A stretch of 64,000 nt of DNA from Candidatus Latescibacterota bacterium (GCA_965243025.1 CBDETY010000003.1:4032001-4096000); one strand, 5' to 3'; shown: positions 9,146 to 23,562, counted from the first letter of the stretch. Notes: generated from the letters alone by a model not told the origin. A program made the numbers and translations.

Positions 9146-11440
9146 TTGAACCTGTCCTCCATTCTCAAAAGCGGCCTCCTTCTCGCGTTGCTCGCCGCAC
9201 CTGTCCGGGCCGGGGAAGCCCCGGTCCTCCAGGCCGCCCGCGCGGCCGAGCCCCCGCGCATCGACGGCCGCCTCGACGATGCGGTCTGGAGCCAGGCCCC
9301 GGTCACGGACCGCTTCTTCCAGCGCGAGCCGGTCGAAGGAGCCCCGCCCACCGAGGGAACCGAGGTCCGCGTCCTTTTCGACGACGGCCACTTGTACTTC
9401 GCCGTGCGCTGCTTCGACAGCGAACCCGGCCGCCTGGTCGCCAACCAGATGCGGCGGGACGCCGACCTCGAGGAGAACGACAACGTCCAGATCATCCTCG
9501 ACCCCTACAACGACCGCCGCGGCGGCTTCTACTTCAGCACCAATCCCCTCGGGGCGCGCCAGGACCTGCTGCTCACCGACGAGGGCCGCACCCGCAACCA
9601 GGCCTGGGACAGCGTCTGGCGCAGCCGCGCCCGCGTCGACAGCCTCGGCTGGAGCGCCGAGGTCGCCATTCCCTTCGACCAGCTGCGCTACCCCGACAGC
9701 GAACAGGCGGTCTGGGGCATCAACATCGGGCGCGCCATACGCCGGAAGAACGAAGAGGTCTTCCTGGAGCCGCCGCCGCAGTCCTACGGCTTTTGGGGGC
9801 GCTACCGCACTTCGCGCCTGGCGGTGCTCAAGGGCCTGGGCAGGCTTCGCAGCCGGCCGCCGATGGCCGTCGTCCCCTACCTGCTGAGCGGCTCGCGGCG
9901 CGATTTCACCGGGGACGATTCCAATGAGTACGCCCTCGACCCCGGCCTCGACTTCAAGTACGGACTCACCCCCTCGCTGACCCTCGACCTGTCCTGGAAG
10001 ACCGACTTCGCCCAGGTGGAGACGGACCAGGAGCAGGTCAACCTCACCCGCTTCAGCCTGTTTTTCCCCGAGAAACGGGACTTCTTCCTCGAAGGGGCAG
10101 GGATTTTCGAGTTCGGTGAACGGGTCGAAAGGCAGGGTCTGGGAGGCCCGCCGCCCACCCTGCTGTTCTACAGCCGCCGCATCGGCATCGAGGAGGGGCA
10201 CAACCTTCCCGTGCTCGCCGGGGGAAAGCTCACCGGCCGCGCCGGACCGTACCAGATCGGCGCCCTGCGCATGACCACGCAGGCCATGACCTTCGTCGAC
10301 GAAGAGGAAAAAGACCGCTTCCTCACCGACGGCGGCGACCTCCTCGACGAGGAGCAGGCCGAACTGAGCGGGGAGGTTATCGTCGACACCTTGGAGGTCG
10401 ACGTCCTCGACACCCTCGACGTGGCCCGGACCGACTTCACCGTCCTGCGTCTCAAGCGGGACCTGCCGGGCAGCTCCAACGTCGGGCTGATCGCCATCGA
10501 CAAGCAGCCCGGCTCCGAAGCCGGCTACAACCGCACCGCCGGCATGGACTTCTCGCTGTCGCTGCTGCAGGCCGCCCTCAACCTGCGCGGCTTCGCCGCC
10601 GGAACCTGGAGCCCCGCGGCGGAGGACGGGGACGGCGCCGGCCTGCTGGAACTCGACTACCGCCGGGGCCGCTTCCGGACCAGCGTCAGCTACCTAGACG
10701 TCGAAGAGGACTTCTCGCCCGAAGTCGGCTTCGTCCCGCGCACCGGCATCCGCCGGATCAAGGGGGACGGGCGCTACCGCCCCCGGCCTGAGGTCGGCTG
10801 GATCCGGCAGTTCTCCCTCGGCCCCTGGTTCACCTACCTGACCGACCGGAACAACACCCTGCAGAGCGGGGAAGCCGGGATCCTGGCCTTCGTCAACCTC
10901 GAAGCCGGAGACTGGTTGGGTGGGCGCTACCGCCGCCGCTACGAGGTTCTGGAAGAGGCGTTCGAAATACGGGAGGGACAGGAAATCCCCCCGGACACCT
11001 ACGAGTTCGACAACTGGCATTTCAACTTCTTCCCCAGCTCGAACCGCCATTTTTCGGGTATCCTCTCCCTGGAGCGGGGCGGCTTCTTCAACGGCACGCG
11101 CAGCGGCGTTTCCGCGCGCACGGTCTGGCGCCACTTCGTTCGCCTGGAGCTGGAGGGGGATTACGCGTTCAACCGCATCGAACTGCCCGACGGCGCTTTC
11201 AACACCCACCTGTTCGGGCAGCGCTTCCTGTATTCCTTCTCCCCGGAAATGTTCGTGCGCGGTTTCCTGCAGTGGAATAGCGCCCGCGACCTGGTGGGGG
11301 GGAACTTCCTCTTCAACTACCGCTTCCTGCCCGGCAGCGATCTGTTCGTGGTCTACAACCAGGTCTGGGATACCGAGGGAGGGCTGCAGCAGGCGGACCG
11401 CTCGCTGCAGGTGAAGGTGTCCTGGTTCTGGAAGAGGTGA
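9146..11440 (+). CDS. DUF5916 / CBM9-like domain outer-membrane protein
   Basis: Signal peptide; IDGRLDDAVW (CBM9-like), WSAEVAIPF, TDFAQVETD, FFPEKRDFFLEG, LFYSRRIG; beta-barrel-like C-terminus. Confidence 0.85.
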   Translation: MNLSSILKSGLLLALLAAPVRAGEAPVLQAARAAEPPRIDGRLDDAVWSQAPVTDRFFQREPVEGAPPTEGTEVRVLFDDGHLYFAVRCFDSEPGRLVANQMRRDADLEENDNVQIILDPYNDRRGGFYFSTNPLGARQDLLLTDEGRTRNQAWDSVWRSRARVDSLGWSAEVAIPFDQLRYPDSEQAVWGINIGRAIRRKNEEVFLEPPPQSYGFWGRYRTSRLAVLKGLGRLRSRPPMAVVPYLLSGSRRDFTGDDSNEYALDPGLDFKYGLTPSLTLDLSWKTDFAQVETDQEQVNLTRFSLFFPEKRDFFLEGAGIFEFGERVERQGLGGPPPTLLFYSRRIGIEEGHNLPVLAGGKLTGRAGPYQIGALRMTTQAMTFVDEEEKDRFLTDGGDLLDEEQAELSGEVIVDTLEVDVLDTLDVARTDFTVLRLKRDLPGSSNVGLIAIDKQPGSEAGYNRTAGMDFSLSLLQAALNLRGFAAGTWSPAAEDGDGAGLLELDYRRGRFRTSVSYLDVEEDFSPEVGFVPRTGIRRIKGDGRYRPRPEVGWIRQFSLGPWFTYLTDRNNTLQSGEAGILAFVNLEAGDWLGGRYRRRYEVLEEAFEIREGQEIPPDTYEFDNWHFNFFPSSNRHFSGILSLERGGFFNGTRSGVSARTVWRHFVRLELEGDYAFNRIELPDGAFNTHLFGQRFLYSFSPEMFVRGFLQWNSARDLVGGNFLFNYRFLPGSDLFVVYNQVWDTEGGLQQADRSLQVKVSWFWKR

Positions 11441-11638
11441 GGGTCGCGTTCAGGGATGGCCGCGATTGCTGATGCCTACACATGCAAGTCACTTGCTACC
11501 CGGAAGCTGTGTGCGGGCAGCACTCAAAATCCTCCTGGAATGGTCTGGATATGTCCAGGAGCATATCCTTGAATAAGGCCAAGGACATAGGGGCAATCGA
11601 CAATTCTGTGGTGACCTCGGTTCGAAGGAATCAGCTCG

Positions 11639-13243
11639 ATGGCAACCGCACCAAAAAAACATAGAACCACCAAAGCCAAGACTAAACCGGACGACACCGT
11701 CGTTCCCGACTACAGGCCCGAGCTGTGGCGGATGGCCGACGCCCTGCGGGGCAGCATGGACGCCGCCGAGTACAAGCACGTCGTCCTCGGCCTGATCTTC
11801 CTCAAGTACATCTCCGACGCCTTCGAGGAAGCCCACGCCCAACTGGAGGCCGAGGCAGACCAGGGAGCGGACCCTGAAGACCCGGACGAGTACCGCGCCC
11901 AGAGCATCTTCTGGGTGCCGCCCGAGGCGCGCTGGACCAAGCTGCAAGCGCAGGCCCGCCAGCCCACCATTGGCCGTGCCGTGGACGACGCCATGACCGC
12001 CATCGAGCGGGACAACCCGGCGCTCAAGGACGTGCTGCCCAAGGATTACGCCCGCCCCGCCCTGGACAAGACCCGCCTGGGACAGGTGGTGGACATGGTG
12101 AGCAACATCAAGGTGGGCGGGGCCGAGGCCCGCGCCACGGACGTGCTGGGCAGCGTCTACGAGTATTTCCTGGAGCAGTTCGCGCTGGCCGAGGGCCGCA
12201 AGGGCGGCGAGTTCTACACTCCGCGCTCGGTTGTTCGCCTGCTCGTGGAAATGCTGGAGCCGTACCAAGGCCGGGTCTACGATCCTTGCTGCGGCTCTTC
12301 CGGCATGTTCGTCCAGTCGGTGGAGTTCATCCGCGCCCACGCCAGCGGCAACGGCAACGGCGGCAATGCCAGTGCGGACATCTCCATCTACGGCCAGGAG
12401 TCCAACTACACCACCTGGCGCATGGCCCGGATGAACCTGGCGATCCGGGGAATCGAGGGCCGGATCGAGCACGGCGACAGCTTCCACAACGACCGCCACC
12501 CCGACCTGCGGGCCGACTACATTCTGGCCAATCCCCCCTTCAACGTCTCTGACTGGGGCGGCGATCGGCTGCGCGACGACAAGCGCTGGGAGTACGGCGT
12601 GCCGCCCGTGGGCAACGCCAACTTCGCCTGGGTGCAGCACTTCCTCTACCACCTGTCGCCCCGGGGAACCGCCGGCTTCGTGCTGGCCAACGGCTCCATG
12701 TCCTCGAACCAGTCCGGCGAAGGTGAAATCCGCAAAAACCTGATCGAAGCCGACCTTGTGGACTGCATCGTTGCCCTTCCGGGTCAACTGTTCCGCTCCA
12801 CCCAGATACCGGCCTGCCTCTGGTTCCTGTCCCGGGGCCGCCGCAACGGAGAACACCGGGACCGGCGGGGCGCAACCCTGTTCGTCGACGCCCGCAAGCT
12901 GGGCCACATGGTGGACCGCACCCACCGCGACCTGTCCCCGGAGGACATCGCCCGCGTTGCCGACACCTATCACGCCTGGCGCGGCGGTGAGGGCACCGGC
13001 GAGTACGCCGACGTGCCCGGCTTCTGCAAGAGCGCCTCTCTGGAAGAGATCCGCAAGCACGGCCACGTCCTCACCCCCGGCCGCTACGTTGGAGCCGAGC
13101 CGCAAGAAGACGATGGGGAACCTTTCGAAGAGAAGATGGCCCGCCTCGCCAAACAATGGCGCGAGCAGCAGGCCGAGGCGAAAAAGCTGGACGCTGCAAT
13201 CGAGGCCAACCTGAAGGCACTCGGGTTCGGAGACAGTCAATGA
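11639..13243 (+). CDS. hsdM: Type I restriction-modification methyltransferase M subunit
   Basis: [52 protein letters not shown] (m6A). Confidence 0.97.
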   Translation: MATAPKKHRTTKAKTKPDDTVVPDYRPELWRMADALRGSMDAAEYKHVVLGLIFLKYISDAFEEAHAQLEAEADQGADPEDPDEYRAQSIFWVPPEARWTKLQAQARQPTIGRAVDDAMTAIERDNPALKDVLPKDYARPALDKTRLGQVVDMVSNIKVGGAEARATDVLGSVYEYFLEQFALAEGRKGGEFYTPRSVVRLLVEMLEPYQGRVYDPCCGSSGMFVQSVEFIRAHASGNGNGGNASADISIYGQESNYTTWRMARMNLAIRGIEGRIEHGDSFHNDRHPDLRADYILANPPFNVSDWGGDRLRDDKRWEYGVPPVGNANFAWVQHFLYHLSPRGTAGFVLANGSMSSNQSGEGEIRKNLIEADLVDCIVALPGQLFRSTQIPACLWFLSRGRRNGEHRDRRGATLFVDARKLGHMVDRTHRDLSPEDIARVADTYHAWRGGEGTGEYADVPGFCKSASLEEIRKHGHVLTPGRYVGAEPQEDDGEPFEEKMARLAKQWREQQAEAKKLDAAIEANLKALGFGDSQ

Positions 13244-14979
13244 ACTACAGCGACCAGGAGATCGCTCGGCAACTTCGCCTGGGCGAGGACAGCCAATGGG
13301 AATTCAAGCAGACCGAGTTTTCCGGTAGCCGTCCAAGAAGCCCGAGCCGCAATGATTGGGCGGATGAGATCGCCGCTTTTGCCAACACGGAGGGAGGCGT
13401 TCTGCTCTGCGGAGTTACCGACGAAGGGGAGGTGCAGGGCATGTCGCGGGAGCGGATTGTCGGCCTGGACTCCCTTCTGGTCGAGGCCAGTACCGACTCC
13501 ATCAGGCCGGCGGTTCGCATCAGTACCCATCACAGAGAACTGGATGGCAAGCGGTTGCTCCTGGTCGAAGTACCTCGGAGCGAATCGCAGCATGACAGCC
13601 CGGGTGGAAGCTACGTCAGGGTAGGCGGGTCAAAGCGCCGAATGACAAGCGAGGAGCGGTTGCGGCTGGCACAGCGGCGCAGCCAGGCGCGGTTCCTGTG
13701 GTTCGACAAGCAGTCCGTGCCAAACACCGGATTGGGAACGCTGGACGAAGCGCTTTGGAGACCGTTGTTGAGCGCGGAAGGCAGGGCAGATCCGGAAACG
13801 GCGCTGGAAAAAATGGGCCTTCTCGGACGGGACGAACACGATACGATGCGAGCGACCGTCGCCGGCCTCCTCTTTTGCAGTCAGGCACCGGAGGAATGGC
13901 TGCCCAACGCCTGCATTACGGCCACCCATTACCGCGGTACGGATCGGGCCTCCGGCCAACTCGACACCCAGACGATCACCGGCCCCCTCAACCGGCAAAT
14001 TGCCGAAGCTGTCGCCTTTGCCGTGCGCAACATGCGCGTCGGGGCCTACAAAGATCCGGCCCGCATGGATTTGCCACAGTACAGTTCAGAGGCCCTGTTC
14101 GAGGCCATCGCCAATGCCGTTGCCCACCGGGATTATTCGATGCTCGGCAGCCGGATTCGCCTGTCCATGTTCGCCGACCGGTTGGAAATCCAGTCGCCCG
14201 GTTCCCTGGCCAACAGCCTGACAATAGATGAGCTGGAATTCCGGCAGGCGACGCGCAACGAGGTGCTTGCCTCGGTCTTCGGACGGATGCCGACCAGCGA
14301 TATCCAGGGAGCCGGTGGCCGGGTTTTCATCATGGAACGGCGCGGCGACGGCGTCCCCGTCATCCGGCGAGAGACCCGCGAACTCGCCGGGCGCCTGCCT
14401 CGCTTTGATCTGGTTGGGGGTGCGGACCTTCGCGTCACCCTTCCGGCGGCCTCCACCGAGCCGAGTCCTGCCCGTGTTGTCGTTTCCGTATGCGCTGGCA
14501 CCGAGCCGCTTGCCCATGCGGAAGTACTGGTGCTGTTCCCGAACAAGACCTGGAAACAGGCAACAACGGATGCGCTGGGCCAAGCCGTAATCGGCCTGTA
14601 TACGGTTGATCTGCCGATGACGGTGTTCGCGGCTGCCCGCGGTTTTGCCGCCCACTGCGAACGCGAATGGCGGCCTGCTGAAGGTGAGCTCACGATTGAA
14701 CTTGAGCCGCTTCCCGGCGGCGGTTCCGTCATTCTTTCGGAAGACAGCGGCCAAATTCCGGGGCTGAAAGGATCGCTGAATCCGATTCGAGACAACCTTG
14801 ACCGGACCTATCTCTACGCCTCGAACATCGCCATCAACCAAGGCCAGCAGCAGCCGGTACATATTGTGCTCGGCGAAGACCTGCGGCTCACCGATGTCAA
14901 TGGCGTCGAGATTACAGCGCGTATCGTGGAGATCCTGGGACGATCGGCACTGGTCGGGTACCGGCCGTTCAAGCCCTAA
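13240..14979 (+). CDS. Schlafen/AlbA_2 + HATPase_c_4 (RecG-C-like) protein with an extra C-terminal beta-rich domain
   Basis: ATG at 13240 overlaps the hsdM stop; [31 protein letters not shown] (AlbA_2); [36 protein letters not shown] (HATPase_c_4). Confidence 0.85.
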   Translation: MNYSDQEIARQLRLGEDSQWEFKQTEFSGSRPRSPSRNDWADEIAAFANTEGGVLLCGVTDEGEVQGMSRERIVGLDSLLVEASTDSIRPAVRISTHHRELDGKRLLLVEVPRSESQHDSPGGSYVRVGGSKRRMTSEERLRLAQRRSQARFLWFDKQSVPNTGLGTLDEALWRPLLSAEGRADPETALEKMGLLGRDEHDTMRATVAGLLFCSQAPEEWLPNACITATHYRGTDRASGQLDTQTITGPLNRQIAEAVAFAVRNMRVGAYKDPARMDLPQYSSEALFEAIANAVAHRDYSMLGSRIRLSMFADRLEIQSPGSLANSLTIDELEFRQATRNEVLASVFGRMPTSDIQGAGGRVFIMERRGDGVPVIRRETRELAGRLPRFDLVGGADLRVTLPAASTEPSPARVVVSVCAGTEPLAHAEVLVLFPNKTWKQATTDALGQAVIGLYTVDLPMTVFAAARGFAAHCEREWRPAEGELTIELEPLPGGGSVILSEDSGQIPGLKGSLNPIRDNLDRTYLYASNIAINQGQQQPVHIVLGEDLRLTDVNGVEITARIVEILGRSALVGYRPFKP

Positions 14980-15034
14980 CCAGGAGGAGCGGGATTGGTA
15001 GGTTCAAACGGGCTCTTCGTCACAGTGACTAGAC

Positions 15035-16465
15035 TTGTGGGGCGAGATGCCTGATCAGATCAGAGGGGGAATTGCGGCCGATGATGTGGTGTTGCCAACA
15101 GAAAGCCTGTACCCGACAACCTTAGGATTCGAAGATGAAAAGGTAACACTGAAAGATCTCCTGATTTATACGCGTGATGGTGAGTGGGGAGCAGGAGATA
15201 TAAAACCAGATCTTATTCCCATGCGAGTTATTCGAGGTGCTGATTTTGACCCTGTAAGCCAAGGAAATTTTGAAACTGTTCCGACTCGATACATTGAACC
15301 CTCTGCGGCTGCCAGAAAGACACTACGTCCCTGGGATATACTTATTGAAACGGCAGGAGGTGGGAGAAATAGGCCGACGGGTCGCACACTGTTAATTCGC
15401 CCCCGGATCTTGCAGAGTACGAAAATCCCGGTAACGTGCGCAAGTTTTGCCCGGTTTCTACGGATCGATGACAAGCGGGCGAATCCGGAATACATCTATT
15501 GGTTCCTTCAGTACCTTTATTCCCTAGGTGAAATGGAACGGAATCAAGTTCAGCATACAGGTGTTGCTAGATTTCAATTCACTAGTTTTGCAGAGAGCAT
15601 AAAAGTCCCTCTACTTCCTTTTTCCGAACAAGACGCCATCGCCCGTATCCTCGGCACCTTTGACGACAAGATCGAACTCAACCGGCGAATAAACGAGACG
15701 CTGGAGACGATGGCGCGGGCACTGTTCAAATCGTGGTTCGTGGACTTCGATCCGGTCCACGCCAAGATGGAGGGCCGGTGGCGGCGAGGAGATTCGCTTC
15801 CCGGCCTGCCTGCCGATTTCTACGACCTCTTCCCGGATCGGCTGGTGCCCTCCGAGTCCGGGGAAATACCGAAGGGGTGGGAAATGAAAACGGTGGGAGA
15901 GGTCGTAGACGTAGTAGGGGGAACTACTCCGAGCACAAAAGTCGTCGAGTACTGGAGTGGTGGAATCCATTCTTGGGCGACCCCCAAAGACCTCTCGAAC
16001 CTCTTTTCACCAGTACTATTGGACACCGAGCGAAAGATCACAGAAGCTGGTCTGGAAAAGATTGGATCGGGTCTTCTCCCCACTGGTACCGTGCTTCTAT
16101 CGTCGAGGGCGCCAATTGGCTACGTTGCAGTCAGCGAGGTCCCTGTCGCTATCAACCAAGGTTTCATCGCCATGCCACCAAAGGATCGGATCTCCAACTT
16201 GTTCCTGCTGCACTGGTGTAACGTATTCCATGACGAAATAGTCAACCACGCAAATGGCTCCACATTTCTCGAAATCAGCAAGGGGAATTTTCGGCGTATC
16301 CCAATGCTAGTTTTCGGAGAGTCGGTAATGAAAGCATTTGACATGCAAGTCCGGTTCCTCCATTTACGCATCGCGACCAATGAACACCAGAACCGCACCT
16401 TGGTCGCCAAGAGGGACGCGCTGTTGGCGAAGCTGGTTTCCGGAGAACTTCGACTAACGGCTTAG
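15035..16465 (+). CDS. hsdS: Type I restriction-modification specificity subunit
   Basis: [44 protein letters not shown] spacer, [29 protein letters not shown]; exact start uncertain (15035 or 15047). Confidence 0.93.
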   Translation: MWGEMPDQIRGGIAADDVVLPTESLYPTTLGFEDEKVTLKDLLIYTRDGEWGAGDIKPDLIPMRVIRGADFDPVSQGNFETVPTRYIEPSAAARKTLRPWDILIETAGGGRNRPTGRTLLIRPRILQSTKIPVTCASFARFLRIDDKRANPEYIYWFLQYLYSLGEMERNQVQHTGVARFQFTSFAESIKVPLLPFSEQDAIARILGTFDDKIELNRRINETLETMARALFKSWFVDFDPVHAKMEGRWRRGDSLPGLPADFYDLFPDRLVPSESGEIPKGWEMKTVGEVVDVVGGTTPSTKVVEYWSGGIHSWATPKDLSNLFSPVLLDTERKITEAGLEKIGSGLLPTGTVLLSSRAPIGYVAVSEVPVAINQGFIAMPPKDRISNLFLLHWCNVFHDEIVNHANGSTFLEISKGNFRRIPMLVFGESVMKAFDMQVRFLHLRIATNEHQNRTLVAKRDALLAKLVSGELRLTA

Positions 16466-16488
16466 ACTTCACACTTAGAAGATTGCAA

Positions 16489-16899
16489 ATGAAACACTGC
16501 TGCAAAAACTTCCGTTTTCTCGCACAAACCCACGTTGGACAGTCATCGGTGATGAACATCGATTTTCATGGGATCCTCACGAACCATCCGAGTGCCATCT
16601 CGGTGGTCATTATGCGGCGGAATGCGCCAAGGGAATCTGGAGTACAAGAATTGACCCACACTTGAACTCACCCCTAAAGGATCTATTGTTTCAAGACAGA
16701 AGACATCGCTGCTTCTTTATTGAAACTCACAGAGGAATCCTTTGAAGCAGCCAGTGAGCTTCGTCGGCTCAGAAACGACAATCGTCAGCTAAAGCAAAGC
16801 TACCGATACACTCAGATCGGCTTATGGACTGCGGCCATTGGCGTTGTTGCAAGTGTAATCATGCGATTGCTCGAAAAGCTAGGATGGATTCCTCAATAA
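16489..16899 (+). pseudogene. Probable doubly frameshifted Cys-containing membrane-anchored hypothetical gene
   Basis: Three consecutive frames join into MKHCCKNFRFLAQTH / ...AECAKGIWSTRIDP...RCFFIETHRG / SFEAASELRRLRNDNRQLKQSYRYTQIGLWTAAIGVVASVIM (C-terminal TM) stop. Confidence 0.4.
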
Positions 16900-16937
16900 G
16901 TGTAGAACCAGGCAATGGCGTCACGACGATTGGACAG

Positions 16938-17013
16938 ATGAATAACGGAGGATCCCAGCCCTGGCTGATGGCAAGGTCCTCGTCTACGAGGCACCGAGAC
17001 GTGGTGCGCCTAG
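16938..17013 (+). pseudogene. 5' remnant of rhuM/Fic-like gene (left part, interrupted by IS)
   Basis: GKVLVYEAP / DVVRL continues after the ISs as LDVPVGRETFRL, resembling the RhuM-type N-terminus. Confidence 0.45.
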
Positions 17014-18182
17014 TGTCCTGTCGTGTAAGTAACTGTACAAACAATTGAAGGTGCCGTAGGTTTCTCTTGATCCTCTTTCTGAAAGGAGAGACCTATGGTG
17101 ACGGGGCGTCCATTAACGCCGTTAGAGCTGAGTCCGTCGGACCGGGAACGATTGGAATCGATGGCCAAATCACGGAGCCTTTCCCACGGGTTGGTGCGGC
17201 GAGCCGAGATTATTCTGCTGGCCGCCGAAGGCTGGCCCAATGAAGCCGTCGCGGCCGCGGTGGGTGTGACGCGTGCTACGGTCGGCAAGTGGCGCCGGCG
17301 CTTTCTCGAAAACGGGCTCCAAGGCTTGTATGATGAGCTGCGCTCAGGGGCGCCGCGATCGATCACGGACGAGCAGGTAGCCGAGGTGGTATACAAGACC
17401 CTGAAGACCAAGCCCAAAGACCAAACCCAGTGGTCGCTGCGCTCCATGGGCGAGGAAACCGGCCTGACCAAGGATGCCGTTCATCGCATTTGGCGCACGT
17501 ATGGTTTGCAGCCCCACCGACACAAGCACTTCAAGCTTTCCACCGATCCTTTCTTTGTCGACAAAGTACGGGATATCGTCGGCTTATACCTGAATCCCCC
17601 CGAGCACGCCATGGTGCTGTGCGTGGACGAGAAGAGCCAGATCCAGGCGTTGGAACGAAGTCAGCCCATGCTGCCCCTGGGACTGGGATACGTGGAAGGG
17701 GTAACGCACGACTACAAGCGGCATGGCACCACCACCCTGTTCGCCGCACTGGACATCGCCACCGGCGCCGTGATGACCCAGTGCAAGTCTCGTCATCGTC
17801 ACCAGGAGTTCCTCCAGTTCCTGCGCCACATTGAGGCCAACGTCCCCGCTGACCTGGATATTCATCTTGTCGTCGACAACTACGCCACGCATAAGCATGC
17901 CAAGGTCAAGCGATGGCTGGCACGGCGGCCTCGATTTCACGTTCACTACACCCCCACCTATGCTTCGTGGCTCAACCAAGTGGAGATTTGGTTCAGCATC
18001 ATTACCCGCCAAGCTCTTCGCCGGGACTCGTTCCGTAAGGTGTCAGAGCTCATCGGGCGGATCGAACGCTACACGGCCAAATGGAACGCCAACGCACACC
18101 CGTTCGTCTGGACGGCTACGGCCGATTCCATCCTTGCGAAAATCAAGAGACTTTGCGAACGAATCTCTGCGACACAACACTA
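17011..18182 (+). mobile_element. IS630 family insertion sequence
   Basis: Ends CTAGTGTCCTGTCG (17010) and CGACACAACACTAG (18183) are imperfect inverted repeats with TA target in CTAG; contains a single transposase. Confidence 0.9.
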
Positions 18183-18183
18183 G
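17095..18183 (+). CDS. IS630 family transposase
   Basis: HTH N-terminus; [47 protein letters not shown] (DDE); the stop codon is the terminal TAG. Confidence 0.96.
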   Translation: MVTGRPLTPLELSPSDRERLESMAKSRSLSHGLVRRAEIILLAAEGWPNEAVAAAVGVTRATVGKWRRRFLENGLQGLYDELRSGAPRSITDEQVAEVVYKTLKTKPKDQTQWSLRSMGEETGLTKDAVHRIWRTYGLQPHRHKHFKLSTDPFFVDKVRDIVGLYLNPPEHAMVLCVDEKSQIQALERSQPMLPLGLGYVEGVTHDYKRHGTTTLFAALDIATGAVMTQCKSRHRHQEFLQFLRHIEANVPADLDIHLVVDNYATHKHAKVKRWLARRPRFHVHYTPTYASWLNQVEIWFSIITRQALRRDSFRKVSELIGRIERYTAKWNANAHPFVWTATADSILAKIKRLCERISATQH

Positions 18184-19740
18184 CAGGCTGTTGAAAAAGT
18201 CCTATTTCCTAATAAAAACATAGCCTCAGACGATTGCCCGTCGTACCCGCCCTTTTCTAGATTTATGAAAGATCCAAGAAAAACGAGCCGATGCCCCAAG
18301 GAGGCCGGTGATGTCGATGAGCAAACGTCGGAAAAGTCAGCAGCAGGAGATCTGGGTGCCGACCCATACCCTCCCCGAGACCCCGAGCCATCCGTTTTAC
18401 ACCCAACTCAACCGGCTGCTGGAAGAGCATGGGTTTGATTCCTTTGTAGAAGAGCAGTGCGCCCCGTATTACGCCCAGAGGTTGGGCCGTCCCAGTATTG
18501 CTCCCGGGGTGTATTTCCGCATGCTCATGATCGGCTATTTCGAAGGCCTGGGATCGGAGCGGGCCATTGCCTGGCGGGTCGCCGATTCGTTGGCTCTGCG
18601 TCGCTTTCTCGGCTACGCCCTGACCGAGTCCACCCCGGATCATTCGAGCCTGTCGCGTATTCGTCAGCGCCTGCCCGAAGCGGTGCACGAAGCGGTCTTC
18701 GACTGGGTGCTGAAGGTGTTGTCCGACCGGGACCTGCTGCAGGGAAAGACGGTGGCGGTGGACGCCACCACGCTGGAGGCCAACGCGGCGATGCGCAGCA
18801 TCGTGCGCCGGGATACGGGCCAGGGCTACCGCGAGTATCTGGAAGGGTTGGCCCGGGCCGAAGGCATTCCGGAGCCGACCCGGCAGGAGGTGGCCCGGCT
18901 CGACCGCAAGCGGGCCAACAAGGCGTCCAACCGGGACTGGGCGCATCCCCATGATCGGGAGGCCCGCATAACCAGGATGAAAGACGGCCGCACGCATATG
19001 GCCCACAAGGCCGAACATACGGTCGATCTGGACACGCAGGCGCTGGTGGCCCTGCAGGTGTGCGGCGCCGATGAAGGGGATACCGCGTCGCTGCTGTGGA
19101 GTCTGGTGCAGGCGGACCGCAGCCTGAAAGAGGTCGGTGTCGATGAGCAGATCAGGCTGAGCGAAGTGGTGGCGGACCGGGGGTATCACAGCAATGACAC
19201 GATGAAGATGCTGAGGACGGCGGAGATCCGCAGCTACGTGGCCGAACCGGATCGCGGTCGGCGCAACTGGAAGAAGGATGCGCCGGCCAAGACGGCGGTG
19301 TATGCGAATCGTCGGCGTATACGGGGAGACCGCGGCAAGAGGCTGCAGCGGCTTCGCGCCGAGCACGTGGAGCGCAGTTTCGCTCATACCTACGAAACGG
19401 GAGGCATGCGCCGCACTCACCTGCGCGGCCACACCAACATCTACAAGCGTCTGTGTATTCATGGCGGCGCCTTCAATCTCGGGCTGGTGATGCGCAAGCT
19501 CACCGGAAAGGGAACGCCGAAAGGGTTGTATGGATTGGCATCGGTTTTCTCGACTTTTGCCGATCGCGCAAACGCTCTTTTGGGTCGAATTTTCGGTTAT
19601 TTGCGATTGTTGAGCTGTCCTTTTCGGGACCATTTCTATAAATGGGAATGTTTAGCCTGATAACCGATTTTCTTGGGAAAGGAAATCATACATCCGCGAC
19701 GTCCGGGGTTTCCGGAATAACCCGGATTTTCAACGGCCTG
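18184..19740 (+). mobile_element. IS5/IS1182-like insertion sequence with CTAG target duplication
   Basis: IRs CAGGCTGTTGAAAAAGTCC (from 18184) and GGATTTTTCAACGGCCTG (to 19740); CTAG on both flanks (18180-18183, 19741-19744). Confidence 0.9.
18308..19660 (+). CDS. IS5/IS1182-like DDE transposase (DUF772 N-terminus)
   Basis: GRPSIAP...SERAIA...PDHSSLSRIRQR, AVDATTLEANA, VADRGY, HVERSFAH. Confidence 0.92.
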   Translation: MMSMSKRRKSQQQEIWVPTHTLPETPSHPFYTQLNRLLEEHGFDSFVEEQCAPYYAQRLGRPSIAPGVYFRMLMIGYFEGLGSERAIAWRVADSLALRRFLGYALTESTPDHSSLSRIRQRLPEAVHEAVFDWVLKVLSDRDLLQGKTVAVDATTLEANAAMRSIVRRDTGQGYREYLEGLARAEGIPEPTRQEVARLDRKRANKASNRDWAHPHDREARITRMKDGRTHMAHKAEHTVDLDTQALVALQVCGADEGDTASLLWSLVQADRSLKEVGVDEQIRLSEVVADRGYHSNDTMKMLRTAEIRSYVAEPDRGRRNWKKDAPAKTAVYANRRRIRGDRGKRLQRLRAEHVERSFAHTYETGGMRRTHLRGHTNIYKRLCIHGGAFNLGLVMRKLTGKGTPKGLYGLASVFSTFADRANALLGRIFGYLRLLSCPFRDHFYKWECLA

Positions 19741-19857
19741 CTAGATGTGCCTGTGGGCCGCGAGACATTTCGACTTGTCCGCCCCGACGCTTCAGAACCA
19801 AGCGCTGGTGGGCGACAGCGGGTTGGCCGCACTGGGCGTGCCGGCGGAGGCTGACGA

Positions 19858-23001
<3,144 letters not shown>

Positions 23002-23093
23002 GAGGGATGCCCGGTTCCTCTATTCAATGCTCCCCAACAGGGCCGTGGGGAATCCAAGCTGAGCCTGAATGAGTTCTGCGGGTAGAAGGCTGA

Positions 23094-23309
23094 ATGAAGT
23101 ATTCAGTGGTAGTCCATCAGGCTGAAGAAGGCGGTTTCTGGGTAGAGGTTCCGGCTCTGCCCGGCGGCTATTCCCAAGGCGAGTCGATAGGGGAAACTCT
23201 CGAAAACGTCAGGGAAGCCATCGAGCTGTACCTGGAAGTGCTCAGAGACGAAGGTCAGGACGCGCCCAGAGACACCGATGTAGTCTATCAAATAAGCGTG
23301 GCTGTGTAG
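23094..23309 (+). CDS. hicB: HicB-family antitoxin (no hicA adjacent)
   Basis: YSVVVHQAEEGGFWVEVPALPGGYSQGESIGETLENVREAIELYLE. Confidence 0.88.
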   Translation: MKYSVVVHQAEEGGFWVEVPALPGGYSQGESIGETLENVREAIELYLEVLRDEGQDAPRDTDVVYQISVAV

Positions 23310-23482
23310 CCGAACCAATGACGGCCATGCCTGTCAACACTGGTTTCCTCGTCCGGTGCATCAACACTCTTCAACCACCCCTCGAGACAAACGACAGCGC
23401 GGTGCGGGTGCTTGGGGACCGGGGATAAGCTGCACTCCGGCACCCTGCATCAGAGCATTGCTCTTTCCTCTGTTCAAAAATT

Positions 23483-23511
23483 TTGCACCTTTGCCGAGTA
23501 CTCCTTACTAT
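23483..23511 (+). promoter_or_regulatory. Sigma70-type promoter of higBA
   Basis: TTGCAC (23483-88), 17 bp spacer, TACTAT (23506-11); overlapped by a weak CTCC...GGAG inverted repeat (possible operator). Confidence 0.5.
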
Positions 23512-23562
23512 ATTTGGGAGCAATTTACATTATATCATTTGTGGGAGGATCGTTGGGCGGTA

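Noticed and set aside
11489-13240. 583 aa minus-strand ORF
   Set aside because: Antisense to hsdM; no motifs
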